Source: Antedon mediterranea (lineage: Eukaryota > Animalia > Echinodermata). From it: DNA of 64,000 bases. Positions 23,316 through 36,536 of the stretch are shown here, in pieces (position 1 is the first letter of the stretch; each line of letters starts with the position of its first letter). The position numbers and the translations under genes were made by a program. Where the stretch lies: the NCBI RefSeq assembly GCF_964355755.1, contig NC_092676.1:28910871-28974870 (forward strand). Direction: 5' to 3'. Under the pieces are notes generated by a model, which saw only the letters and a program-made list of their open reading frames with translations, was not told where the DNA came from and did not search any database.

Positions 23316-25048
23316 ATACAGTCTTAAATCATAATAATATTTTGTCTTGATTTTTAAAGAAACACATAATTGGCAAGAGGATGACTGGGGGAATCGCCAA
23401 TACTGTCTTTGTCCATCTATTTATCTAGGTTGATTTGAATTCATTGATATAGTTTTTAAATATAGATATAATTTTTATTTAATAATGTTATATATCAATA
23501 TACATCTTATATACAATTTGAGAATGTCAATTGTTTTATTTGATTGTTGAAAGACTGTATTCGGCGTCATCTGTGTTACTGTCCGACGTCCGAAGTAATA
23601 TAATAAATTAAGTTTATTTATAACTATGTTTATTATGGCCTAACATTAGTACCCTAGAAATGTTTACAACAAAAATAATTTCTCTAACCTGAGTTTGTTT
23701 TTTTTTTCAACAGTAGGCCTACCGTAATCAAATTTTGCGTCGTATTTTAGGAGCTGGCTTGACTAATATGAATGTAGGCCTAATCGACTAAAATGATCTA
23801 TAAATAATCTAGGCCTAGAGATAATTTCCACTTGTATAAAAGTTGGAATCGTGTCTCGAGTCACCAACCAACCAAGTGCTTACATTTGGAAAGGCTGTCC
23901 CATAATTTAAAAAGGGGTGCATTATGACCGCTTTTCATATTAAAGCGTAATTATTCTTACACCGTGTTTTGTAAAGGAAGTCGATCCCCCAAACACTTTA
24001 GGGCGTAGAAACACTAGAGATATTAGCGCTGTTTTAGCCTACAATAAAGTGCCCTTCTAAAGCGTGGTTCCCACTAGAACGCAACGCAGCGACGTATCGA
24101 CGCAATTATTGGAAGGGCATTTTGTTACGTTGCGTCGGTTGCGTTACGTTGCGTCGCCAGTGGGAACCACGCTTAATAGTGTTTGCACTATTGCGTCGTC
24201 GGTTCCCACTTGTTATTACGCCATACAGCACTTTGCGTCAATACGTCGTTGCGTTGCGTTACGTTGCGTTACGTTGGGAACCAAGCTTTAGAGATATAAA
24301 ACACGGAAGATAATGTTCAACGATACTTGGTATTTGATAAATACTGTACTTTTTATCAGTTAAAAACATTTTTTTTTCCGATCCAATTTTTTTTTCAACC
24401 GGGCATATCCAACAATAATTTCAAGAAATAATTTTTCAGTTTCATGACTTAACCTAGGAAATGTTTTTTTTTTAATTTTGTATCTATTATGTTGTGTTTA
24501 TTGTTTTATGTTTTTTATGTAAAAGGGTTCTGCGAAATCAGAAGTGTAAACTTCTCTATGCAGGATCCTTGCCATCATTTATGCTATGAAACTATATTTA
24601 TAAAGGATGAGTAAATAAATGTGAATTGAATTGAATTGAATTGAACCGCTCTGACAAACTTATAAACACCAATGCCTGAACATCCGTTGCAAAATTGAGA
24701 GCTTATTCACAATTTATGAAAAATAAACTGAAACTGAAAAATAAACAAAAACTATGCTTATTTAAGCTGCGGTTACAGTACTGAAATCTTCACAATTGTG
24801 TTTGGTTTTGAAGCATAACATTATATTGTTTTGGTAGGCAAATTATTGAAAACTACAACTCTATATTACTTATACAATTCCTTTTTCAGTATGTTACATT
24901 TCCGTATATTATTTTTCCACACGACGGCGGCAGTTAAAATTATGATTTTGCTAATTAAGTAAACTGTATTGGCCCCAGACAGATTAAAATTTTAACAAAA
25001 ATGATCACCAAATAATAAAATTACATAAGAAACAGAAACCGTAGTTAA

Positions 25049-25297
25049 AGCTTGGTTCCCACTAGCGACGCAACGTAACGCAACATATGCAACGTAACAA
25101 CATGCCCTTCCGATAATTGTGTTTGCCCCGCCTGCGTGAAATCAAACCTGCTTGTTGCGCGTCAACGTTAGCATGCCATAGAGATGTTTGCAGCAATTGT
25201 TGCGTCGTCGGTTCCCACTTGTGATTTCGCAATACAGCACTTTGCGTCGATACGTCGCTGCGTTGCGTTACGTTGTGTCGCTATTGGGAACCACGCT
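25049..25297. mobile_element. Full-length MITE family 2 copy
   Basis: TAA|agcttggttcccactag ... gggaaccacgct|TAA. Confidence 0.9.
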
Positions 25298-26622
25298 TAA
25301 ATATTGAAGCATTAATAAACTATTCTTCGTGAAAACACGTCAACAACAACGCGCCCGACCGTCGCACGGTAGTTGACGTGAATGTCTATTCGGAGGTTTT
25401 TTACTAAATAAATTGCTAAAACGAAAAACGAAATATCCAAACAGCATTTAACATGATGTTAGCATGTAGTTGATAACATTTTTAATGAAAAAACTACCGG
25501 TGGTCCAGGCTTAGATTAGTGTGACCGTCACAAAAAGAATATACATCCTGACTTATGGAGGCGCCCTACCGCATGGACAATAGTACTGTTACAGGGAAAA
25601 CCGCGGCTGGCACATATTCTTTGATAAAACCATGGAACTACTATAAGTTCCATGATAAAACCAATAGCCGAAGGCTTATTACACCAATGACTTCATTGAC
25701 TGCTGCCACCAACGTGGGATTTATAACGTGCGATCTTCCTCCTCCGATGGTGGTGTGCGATACAAAAAAATTAAAAATACAAGATAAAATACAAGGTATT
25801 ATTTATTTGTGCAATATCTGTGATAACCTTACTTCATGAAAAAAGAACACGTCCTATTACTAAAGCATGGTCACATGGGTTGTTGTCTATCACCACAATG
25901 TAATTACTAAAATTATATAATAGTCATATTCATCATAATGTATAAGCCTATTTACTACAAATTCAAATTTTATCTTCTATTCATCTTTTCGGAAATTCAT
26001 TGCTCGTTTTCAAATATATAAAAATATGTAACAATACAAAAGGTAAAAAATTACAAAACAGGAAGAAAACGCCATAAAACATGAGTAAAATTAACAATAA
26101 ACTTATTGCAAATCATCAGTAACGTTTAAAATTGTTATTAAAAAGTTGAATGACAATGAACAATATTCACACTATATTATTAAGTTTTTGAGTCGTTTTC
26201 TGTGTATATTATCATAAAAGCTAAAAAGCATCAGCGTCCATCACCAAAAATGGTTCTCACTCACTCTGGACGTAACTTAACGCAAAAGGGCGGATCAGAG
26301 AGAGGGCGTACCATCACACACACGTCGCGCGCGTGGTCAAATGTACGCGATTGGCACTTACGTACACGTCCCGGTGTTAGAGAACCATGTCATAAAAATT
26401 GCTTCTAAAAACAAAACTAATTAATAATTATAAAACATTAAATCCGTGTACACAATATTAATCATGTATAATCCTGTATAAATATGTTGTTAAATCATTA
26501 CGACGATGATGCGACATTGACGATAATGTATTTCATACTAAGGTGAATTATGCTGTAAAAATAATACGAAAGCGAATCATTCCGTGATTTTTTACTTTTC
26601 TTCCATCAAATGCGTCACACGT

Positions 26623-29600
26623 TTAAGCGGAAAGGGCTTTTATACCCAGCAAAATACACTCCACTAATAGAAGAACCACTGAACCAAAACCGAATACCTA
26701 ATGAATAAAAATGAAACAATGTTATAGATAGTTAGAAAACAGGCACAATTGCATGCTGTGGTGATACAAAGTGGTGTGTTAAATATACATGTTTGTAAAT
26801 AATACACTACTCACGTCAAGCGGCAAATAATACACTACTCACACAAGCGGCAAATAATGCACTACTCACACAAGCGGCAAATAATACACTACTCACACAA
26901 GCGGCAAATAATACACTACTCACACAAGCGGCAAATAATACACTACTCACACAAGCGGCAAATAATACACTACTCACACAAGCGGCAAATAATACACTAC
27001 TCACACAAGCGGCAAATAATACACTACTCACACAAGCGGCAAATAATACACTACTCACACAAGCGGCAAATAATACACTACTCACACAAGCGGCAAATAA
27101 TACACTACTCACACAAGCGGCAAATAATACACTACTCACACAAGCGGCAAATAATACACTACTCACACAAGCGGCAAATAATACACTACTCACACAAGCG
27201 GCAAATAATACACTACTCACACAAGCGGCAAATAATACACTACTCACACAAGCGGCAAATAATACACTACTCACACAAGCGGCAAATAATACACTACTCA
27301 CACAAGCGGCAAATAATACACTACTCACACAAGCGGCAAATAATACACTACTCACACAAGCGGCAAATAATACACTACTCACACAAGCGGCAAATAATAC
27401 ACTACTCACACAAGCGGCAAATAATACACTACTCACACAAGCGGCAATCTGCTCTTTCTGTTCTACATGGTATGGTTTAAATAAATCAATTATTTCCTTG
27501 ATTTTGTACGCTAGGCAATCTGAACCAATCAAAACAAGGATAGCAAACACAACACAAATACCAATCTCCTGTAACGACAAACAATTATTATTATTTCATC
27601 AACAATTAGTCTTTTTAATTTTGATAATTAACCGTTGTTAATTCAATTCAATTCAACATTTATTTAAATCAAATAATAACATAATGTACATAGATTAAAC
27701 AAATGAAACAACAAAAACATTATCATTTGGTTCGGACATTCCTCCTTAATAGGCCTATAGTTAATCATAGAGATATTACTATGAGTTAATTAAATAATAA
27801 AGCTTTAATTTCGAAATGAGTCAAGTATGCTCACTATGATGGGATTGATCCATTCTGGCTTGATAAGGTGACCAATCAAAGTGACCGCTATCAGTGACGC
27901 TACTGTGATTGCAATCGCCATATATACATAATACGCCCAAAACTCATCTCGGCAAGCCTCGGCGTTTGCAGCATCAACACAGTCGACTATTGTATCAAGC
28001 ATAAGACCGAATCCAATGATCAGTAAAATCTGTAAAGAGGAATTTCACAAGATACTTTTTTCAAAATCAAACTTATTTTACCACACACAATTAGTAGGCC
28101 TATAAACCTGAGACAACAACAATCACGGCACGGTGTCGCTACGCATTATTTTTTTTTCCTATTAGGTTAAGGCAGAAACTATAGAGGGCGTGTATATATC
28201 ATGAATATTCATGATGCATGCCCGAACTCATGACGTCATACTTGCAAAACACACTATGCGTGACGTTCGCAATAATGCAGCTAGATCGGAGTTAGTTACT
28301 GTACTGTGAAGGTCACACTAGACCTGCAATTTATTACGTTTTGAAAAAATAATGCATATAACATTAAACCAGGTTATTTATTGTCTTAAATGTGCGTTCT
28401 ATTAGGTTAATTAGGATAAAAATAGAAAAACAATGCACTTCCTAATAAGTAGCTCGCGTCGAAAGTTCTCTGGTAGACGTTTCTAGGCCTAACTTAGTTG
28501 GGCTTAGTTTTTAGGCCTAGCTGGTAAAGAGCGGTAGCGTACGAACATCGTACGCTAGCTATAGGCCTAGTCTGACCAGGGAGTTGCAACTGTGTTGCGA
28601 CTGTGTTGATGCTGCAACTCCCTGGTCTGACGATGTCGCGTTGCTGAATTGTCTTTCCTTTTTTTGGCAGAATCCGGCAATATGTAAGCCTAGATATGAT
28701 ATAATTAAACATTTATAATAATCACAATTGATTCTAAAGTTATGTGTGAGTTTTAATTAATTCATTCGATATGTAGGCCTACATAATTTTTGGATGTCAA
28801 AAAAATAAATATTTCAGAAACATAAAGCAAAACATCACATACAGGCCTATATTATAACGTTTTTATTTATTTTGTTTTTGCATTAGCAGTTCCAAAGATT
28901 TCCCCATGTATGGGCCTATATGGAATAATTCAGTCTGAAGTACAATGTTAGACTAACATGAAACATGTATGTCATTGTAGTGTAAAATTCTTAATCAATT
29001 TAATTTACTCTCAGTTGTTGATACTATACGTACGTAGGCGCGGCTAAATGGTTGGTGAGTGTTTTTGCAGCAGCTACCCTAGCATCGGTTTCGGCCTAAA
29101 CCTAATAGGAAAAAAACAATGCTGCCGGGCATGTCGAGTACGGTATACATTAACTTGAAATTTCTTTAAAATGACAATAGCCTTCTAAAATGTATTGTTT
29201 TGTTGTACATTACTAACAGTACTGATTGTTCGTAAGCAGAGATGGTTCGCTTCATCACTTTTCTCCATTCCACATGACTATAGGCCTGCAACAACACGGC
29301 GTCGTCGGTTCGTCTAAAATTGATTTATTTAACTTTATTTAAGGCATGATTTTGTTTTTATTGTTAGGGTTCCGAGATACAAAATTCCTTATTGTTCCAT
29401 AGACTGGAAATTGTTTATACAACTATACAATATAGAATACAATAAAACATTAAAAAACAAAAAAAATTAATCCCTTTAACCAAAAGCAATCTCTTTAAAT
29501 TTAAAAAATACAAAAGCTTGAGAGAAATAGCGTCACAAAGCGTCACATCTGGATATTTGCCTTACGTCATAATAGTATACATTTGTATCATTCAACCGAA

Positions 29601-30199
29601 ATAATTCAATGACCATATAAATAGAAATTAAATATGATGCATTTTGTATCCGTGTATTTCAGCATTCAATTCATTATTTAGTGTGTAAGATTCATATTAT
29701 GAGGAAGTAAAGTACGGTTGAGAATTTCTCAATGTTTCTTTCAAGGCAAACTAACAACAGTAGGATGCTGCGCTCAGGTGAGCTCAGTATTGTATTAAGC
29801 ATTTTATACGTGATATTCCTGAATTAAATTGAATAAAGGTGGTGCATGCCACAACAAAAAAAAAAGATGATAGATGGGCTAATAATAACCAACGAAAAGC
29901 TTAGCAGAAAACGAAAGAAAATAACTAATTTTAAAGGTACTTTTTTCCAACAAAAAACTAAAAAAGATTTTGTCTTTATAGTGAAGTAGAGTAACAATAA
30001 TCCAATCCACTCGAGCAATTCAATAGGACTGAATATGCATGTAAAAGTGTAATTTTCTTTAAAAATTCTAATTTCCAAATAGGAGAGGCTTGATGAGCCA
30101 ATGATGGCTGCAATCCGAATGTATTATGCTATTATATTTACTTACGGCTTCAATGATCCTGAGTATACCATTCGGCGTTGCAAAGTATTTACACTCCAT
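26623..30199 (-). CDS. MARVEL-domain 4-TM protein, copy B, ~151 aa
   Basis: Exons 30199-30146 (MECKYFATPNGILRIIEA), 28029-27835, 27568-27437, 26697-26623. Open frame, canonical sites. The exon-3 donor is amplified as a minisatellite. Confidence 0.88.
26797..27447. repeat. 27-bp minisatellite (~24 units) spanning the exon-3 donor of MARVEL copy B
   Basis: Unit aataatacactactcacacaagcggca, nearly invariant. On minus it reads GCCGCTTGT|gtgagtagtgtattattt. Confidence 0.97.
28143..29124. mobile_element. ~1-kb TIR element in intron 1 of copy B
   Basis: gcattattttttttctattaggttaaggcagaaac is inverted at gtttcggcctaaacctaataggaaaaaaacaatgc. The segment is absent at the homologous position of copy C (about 34680). 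Confidence 0.7.
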
Positions 30200-31581
30200 T
30201 ATGTGATCGTCGTCTGAAACATAGTTAAAGATATACATCGATAAACAAGTTATTTATCTTGTAATTGAAAAATATTATTATACACTCTTAAAACATAATA
30301 CACTTTATCTTCTTTTTAAAGAACTTATTATACAACTGAGAACAACGGAACTAAGCCGCCCGGATCGCCTGTCCTCGTCCGTCCGTCTAGCTTGATTTGA
30401 ATCATTATACTTTTTTTGGATTTTAGATATTGACATATCTTATATATATATATATAATATATATTATATATTTAATAAATCTATGCATACAATTTTGAAA
30501 ATTTCAACCAAATATTTGATAGAAAGACTGTATTCGGCGTCATTGGCGTTCGACCTCTGTCCGACGTATATGAAAGGCAATCTACATTCAGGATCTAAGT
30601 TTGATAGAAAGACTGTATTCGGCGTTATCGGCGTTAGACCTACCTGTCCGACGTCTACAATGATAAATGAAAGGCAATCTACATTCAAGATCTAAGTTAC
30701 TACAATAACTATTAATTACAACAAAAATAATTGTTCTAACCAACCTGAGTTTGGTGTTTTTCAACAGATACTGCAGTAAGATTTTGCTTCTGGTATTTTA
30801 GGAGCTGGCAGAACTAATGAATCCAATCGACTAGAAGAGTCTAATAAAGCGGGAATTTCCACTCTAAGTTTGCATCTTGTCTTGAGTCAACAACCAACCA
30901 AGTGCTTACATTTGGACAGGCTCTCCCATAATTAACAAGGGGGGTTTCTTATGACTGTGTTTCTACCACACTCATATTAAAAGTGTAATGTTTCGGACCG
31001 TGTTCCAACAGTGCACAAGTATAAAGCTTGTTTCCCACCATGCGCAATACAAGGACGTAAACGCAACGCAAGTGAATGACAAGTGATTGATCAATTATTG
31101 TGCGTTCTAGTTGGAACTAAGATGACCAAAATAAAATTTCAATATTACACATCATTTATTTATTATAAAATCTTCTCTGAAGATAGAAAAACGTAAGATG
31201 ATGTTTTACGCTTCTGTATTTGATACTTAATACTTAATTGTATAAAAAAGATGTAACATGCTTATTGTTCTGAAAATAATACTAAAAAGTAGTCCAGAAT
31301 TGGGACCGTGGTCCGGATTGCCTCCAAAATAGAGTGCTCCTTGACCATATCTATCTGTATTTTCATTTTGGTAAAGATCTTGGAATGACTTTTTGAGTAA
31401 TCCTGCTAACAAACAGACACACACACGCGATCGACTACATGTGGAGGTAAATTATAAAACATTAAATTCGTGTAGACAGAATTAATAATGACGACGATGA
31501 TGATGCGACATTGACGATAAATGACGTAGTCATACTAAAGGCAAATTATGCTGTAAAATACGAAAGAAAATCATTCATGTT

Positions 31582-34500
31582 TTAATTTTCTTCCATCAAA
31601 TTAGTCCATAACGAGTTAGGCTGATCGGAAGAGGCTTTCAAACCCAGCAAAATACACTCAACTATTAGAAGAACCACTGAACCAAAACCGAATACCTAAT
31701 GAAAAAAAAAATTATAAAAAGTTAGAATACAGGCACAATTGCAATATGTGATCCAAAGGGGTTTTGGGCAATTTCTACTGAAGCTTGGTTCCCACTAGCG
31801 ACGCAACGTAACGCAACCTACGCAACATAAGCAAATGCCCTTCCAATAATTGTGTTTGCCCCCGCCTGCGTGAAATCAAACCTGCGATGTTTGCAGCACT
31901 GTTGCGTCGTCGGTTCCCACTTGTGATTACGCAATACTGCATTGCGTTCTAGTGGGAACCACGCCTTAACAGGTTTCAATTGTCTTGCTTGTATAACATT
32001 AATAAAAAAATATGATAAAGCGTGGTTCCCACTAGAATGCAACGTAACGACGAATTGATGCAAAGTGCTGTATTGCGTAATCACAAGTGGGAACCAACGA
32101 TGCAACAGTGCTGCAAACATCGCAGGTTTGATTTCACGCAGGCGGGGGCAAACACAATTATTGGAAGGGCATTTTCTTACGTTTGCGTAGGTTTCGTTAC
32201 GTTGCTCAGGCCCGTAGCCAGGGGGGTTTTTTGGGGTTCGGGCGAACCCCCCCTTTTGCGCGAACCCCCCTTTTACCAGCGAACCCCCCTTGAAAAACAA
32301 AGGCCCCACTTCCAAAATTGTGCAATTAATTATCAATTATAGCAGATTTTTTGGTCATTTTACTTCTATTGACTATGTTTAAATCGATCGAATATACAGA
32401 TTGTCCGATGTCAAAGTCACTGCTGAGCGTGAGATCGAGAGGCACAAGATCACGTCGTTCAGTTCAGTTCAATCTTTTTGGGGATTTTTATTTTTTTCCT
32501 GGAAATATTTTTCATTAAACCAAAGAATTTCACTGTTTAAACTTGAATAAAAATGGTGCTGAGTTAAATTGGTACGTGTACGTAGGCCTACCGTATATTT
32601 CGGTGTATAAGACGCACTTTTGACACGCACATTTGACCTCTAAATGTAACCCTAATTAATTTAATTACCTACTAATACTTAAATTAATTAAAAATAGTGT
32701 AGGCCTACTACTCTGCAATGTAGGCCTAGCTAGTTACTCACTCCTGTCTAACCACAGTGTGGTAACAAGTTTATTGAATTTTTAGTTAAGATAAATTGTC
32801 ATCCTCGACTGTATTAATTAATATTACAGTACGCATTAGATATTCTACCCAGGCCTAGTAATACTCTCTGAACTCGCAGGTGTGTATTCTAGCAGCATGC
32901 AGCATCATCACAGCGCAACACATTTATGGAAGAGTCCATTAATTACGGTGGTGTCACATTTTATTTACACAATAACTATTTCCCTTGATCACGGTGGTTT
33001 ATTTTTATTACATCTCTATGTCAACAATCACATAATTTTATAATCATGTAGTCAATAGTTCGTATGTCAAGCGATATCTAAAAGAGTGTGTTGTTATTGT
33101 GTTAAGTAGCTTCCCCTAATCTTATAGTGTATATATGGCCAACAGTGCTGGCCACCAGGCAAGGAGCACATGGTTAGTGCTCTCTCCTCATATTGCTGTA
33201 ATGCATGCATGGAAATAGGAAAGATTTTCATATAGGCCTACCCAACATGATATTCCTGGTTCATTATCAGCCCAAAAAACTGAACATCATTTGGATTGAT
33301 TTTATAATGGTCATACACACAATAAGAAGGTATATATTTAAATAATATGAAATTAAAGTTACTTAAATAGACTTAGGCTAGCCCTACCCACACAGTGCAT
33401 CGTAAATATGGGGATTTCCCTTTTCATTGAACGTTCAGTTGAAGTAGAGACTGATTACGATGTAATAAAGGCAATCAAACAAAATTATATCATTTGATTC
33501 TAATATGTCTCAAATATCGTTATTTTATTATTAAAATACCATTGTTTTGATTGTAAAATGTTTAAATTTCGGCCTAGAAATAAGTGCGTCTTATGCATCG
33601 ACTACATAAAAAATACTAATATTTCAGTCTCCGTTATGGGTGCGTCTTATACACAGGTGCGACTTGTACACCGAAATATACGGTACTATTTGTTTTTTAT
33701 GTTTATAGGATAAGAAATTACTTAAGGGCCTAATATAATATACTTTTTTGCAACAATAAAGCTGTATTTCATGATCAGTACTACTAACTTCCATACTGTA
33801 GGCCTACTATATAATTTCTCTGCATAACCCAGATTTTAGTAGGTAAAAAATGTCTGTAAGCTTATTAAAACAACCAAAATTGCTCTGAGAGCCAAAGCGT
33901 CCAGGGGGCTTCGCCCCCTGGACCCCGACCGGGGGCCCTTGGCGGCCCCCTCGCCCCCAGCCTACAGTTGCTCGCTGCGCTCGCAAAATACTTGGTGTCA
34001 AGAAAACCCCCCTCTGATGCATTCTGGCTACGGGCCTGTTGCTAGTGGGAACCACGCTTCAGGTGGATAAAATATAAACAGTACGGCGGTTTGTAAATAA
34101 ATACACGTCTACTCACACAGGCGGTCATCTGCTCTTTTTGCTCTACTTTGAATGGTTTAAATAAATCATTTATCTCCTTGATTTGGTACGCTAGGCAAGC
34201 TGAACCAATCAAAACAAGCATAGCAAACACAACACAAAAACCAATCTCCTGTAACGACAATTATTATTATTATATCAACAACTAGTATTTTTAATTTTGT
34301 TAATTAATCTTTGTTAATTCCATTCAACATTTATTTAAATCAAATATTAATATAATGTACATTAGATAAAACAAATATAAAACAACAAAAACAGTATCAT
34401 TCAATATGCCTATAGTTAATCAAATAATAAAGCTTTAATTTCGAAATAAGTCAAATATGCTCACTCTGACGGGATTGATCCATTCCGAGTTGAAAAGGTG

Positions 34501-36536
34501 ACCAATCAAAGTGACCACTATCAGAGATGCTACTATGATTGCAATCGCCATATATACATAATACGCCCACAACTCATCTCGGCAAGCCTCGGCGTTTACA
34601 GCATTAACACAGTCGACTATTTTATCAAGCATAAGACCGAATCCAATGATCAGTAAAATCTGTAAAGAAAAGGCATTTCAATGCAATGTTCAAGTTCAGC
34701 AAAGATGGTTCGCTTTAACACATTTCTCCATTCCAAACGACTGAAGGCCTACAACACGACGTCGTCGGTTTGTCAAAAATTGATTTATTTAACTTCATTT
34801 AAGGTTAATTTTGTTTTTGTTGTCAGTCTTCCAAGATAAAGACTTATTGTTCCATGGAATTGTTACTTTATTTTGGCAATTATACAATATAAAATACATT
34901 CAAACATTTAAAAACAAGGCCAACAGCCATAAGTCGCGTGCTAAAACGCATAGTGATACCGGACCGACAGACAGACCGACAGACCGACCGACCGACATAG
35001 TGAACTATAGAGTCGCGTCCACGCGACTAAAAATGAACCCTTTTAATTAAAAGCAATACAATCAGTTTCGTTTTATTCCGTAGGATTAGCAATAAGCCTA
35101 TTTCATTTAGGATTAGCAATAGGCCTATTTCATTTAGGATTAGCAATAAGCCTATTTCATTTAGGATTAGCAATAGGCCTATTTCATTTAGGATTAGCAA
35201 TAGGCCTATTTCATTTAGGATTAGCAATAGGCCTATTTCATTTAGGATTAGCAATAGGCCTATTTCATTTAGGATTAGCAATAGGCCTATTTCATTTAGG
35301 ATTAGCAATAGGCCTATTTCATTTAGGATTAGCAATAGGCCTATTTCATTTAGGATTAGCAATAGGCCTATTTCATTTAGGATTAGCAATAGGCCTATTT
35401 CATTTAGGATTAGCAATAGGCCTATTTCATTTAGGATTAGCAATAGGCCTATTTCATTTAGGATTAGCAATAGGCCTATTTCATTTAGGATTAGCAATAG
35501 GCCTATTTCATTTAGGATTAGCAATAGGCCTATTTCATTTTTAAGAAGCATGAATCAAATCTTCACAAACATATGTAATTATCCAACCATGAGGTCATTA
35601 TCAAAACTGAATTATCTGGCTATACGAATTATGTCATAATAATACACATTTTTCATCATTATTTAACCGAAATATTACAATGACCAAATAAATCTAAATT
35701 AAGGATGCCTTTTGTATCCGTGTATTTCAGCATTCAATTAATTATTTTTGTGTGTAAGATTCATTCGACTGTAAAGGTTTCAATAAACACAGTTGCAAGA
35801 GCGGTCGGTCCGAGTTCACACAGGAACAGGATGCTGAGCTTTGGCGATCAAGGGTACGAGTTCCTATCTTGCTTGCTTGGTAATGTGAGCTCAGTATTAA
35901 GCATTATACGAGATATTGTTGAATAAATTGAATAAAGTATGGAACGCCGTTTACGCAACATTTCGATGATATGAATTTTATGACGCGATATGTGAATGAA
36001 ATGCATCGATATGAATTGAATGGCGCGATATAAGATTGAAATGTTTTGAATTCAATGCTTTGAATTAAATTTTTTGAATGAAATGTTTTGAATTGAATGT
36101 TTTGAATGAAATGTTTTGAACGAAATGTTTTGAACGAAATGTTTTGAATGAAATGTTTTGAATGAAATGTTTGAATTGAATTGAAATATAAAACTATTGG
36201 CGGCGTATGTCATTCACGTTAGCGATTTTTATCTCAAAATATGCATTCCACTTTTCAGGTCCGTTAGGATTCTCTGTAAAGGATCCATATTGATGACAGC
36301 GTGGAAATGAGATGAGGGTCCCCAGGCTTAGGCCCAAGAGGTTGATAAAAAAATTGCGAGCGGGAATAAATATGCATGGAAAAGTGGAATTTTCTTTAAA
36401 AATTCTATTTTTTCCAAATAGAGTAGGCTTGATAAGCCAATGATGGCTGCAGCAGCTCAACTGATGTATGTGAGCTACTTACGGCTTCAATGATCCTGAG
36501 TACACCATTCGGCGTTGCGATGCGTTTACACTCCAT
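31582..36536 (-). CDS. MARVEL-domain 4-TM protein, copy C, ~164 aa (recent duplicate of B)
   Basis: Exons 36536-36483 (MECKRIATPNGVLRIIEA), 34659-34465, 34248-34117, 31695-31582. Introns and flanks align with copy B. Confidence 0.88.
32207..34038. mobile_element. Non-autonomous element with TIR CAGGCCCGTAGCCAG and 5-bp TSD (TTGCT)
   Basis: ttgct|caggcccgtagccag ... ctggctacgggcctg|ttgct. It interrupts a family-2 MITE. cgaacccccc subterminal repeats. Confidence 0.9.
32591..33683. mobile_element. Tc1/mariner-pogo-type non-autonomous element nested in the previous one
   Basis: TA|ccgtatatttcggtgtataagacgcac ... gtgcgacttgtacaccgaaatatacgg|TA. Confidence 0.88.
34913..35032 (-). mobile_element. 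Minimal 120-bp HINE of the same family
   Basis: Same termini and GACC/GACA microsatellite as 22475-23315, with the interior deleted. Confidence 0.8.
35081..35539. repeat. 27-bp minisatellite (~17 units) in intron 1 of copy C
   Basis: taggattagcaataggcctatttcatt repeated, near-invariant. Confidence 0.95.
36035..36186. repeat. 14-bp repeat gaatgaaatgtttt
   Basis: About 10 degenerate units. Confidence 0.8.

Noticed and set aside
26857-27480. 207-aa plus-strand ORF (HYSHKRQII)n
   Set aside because: Antisense reading of the 27-bp splice-donor minisatellite.
35027-35551. 174-aa ORF (LNEIGLLLI)n
   Set aside because: Minisatellite translation. Its acceptor-like tttcatttag is on the strand opposite to the host gene.
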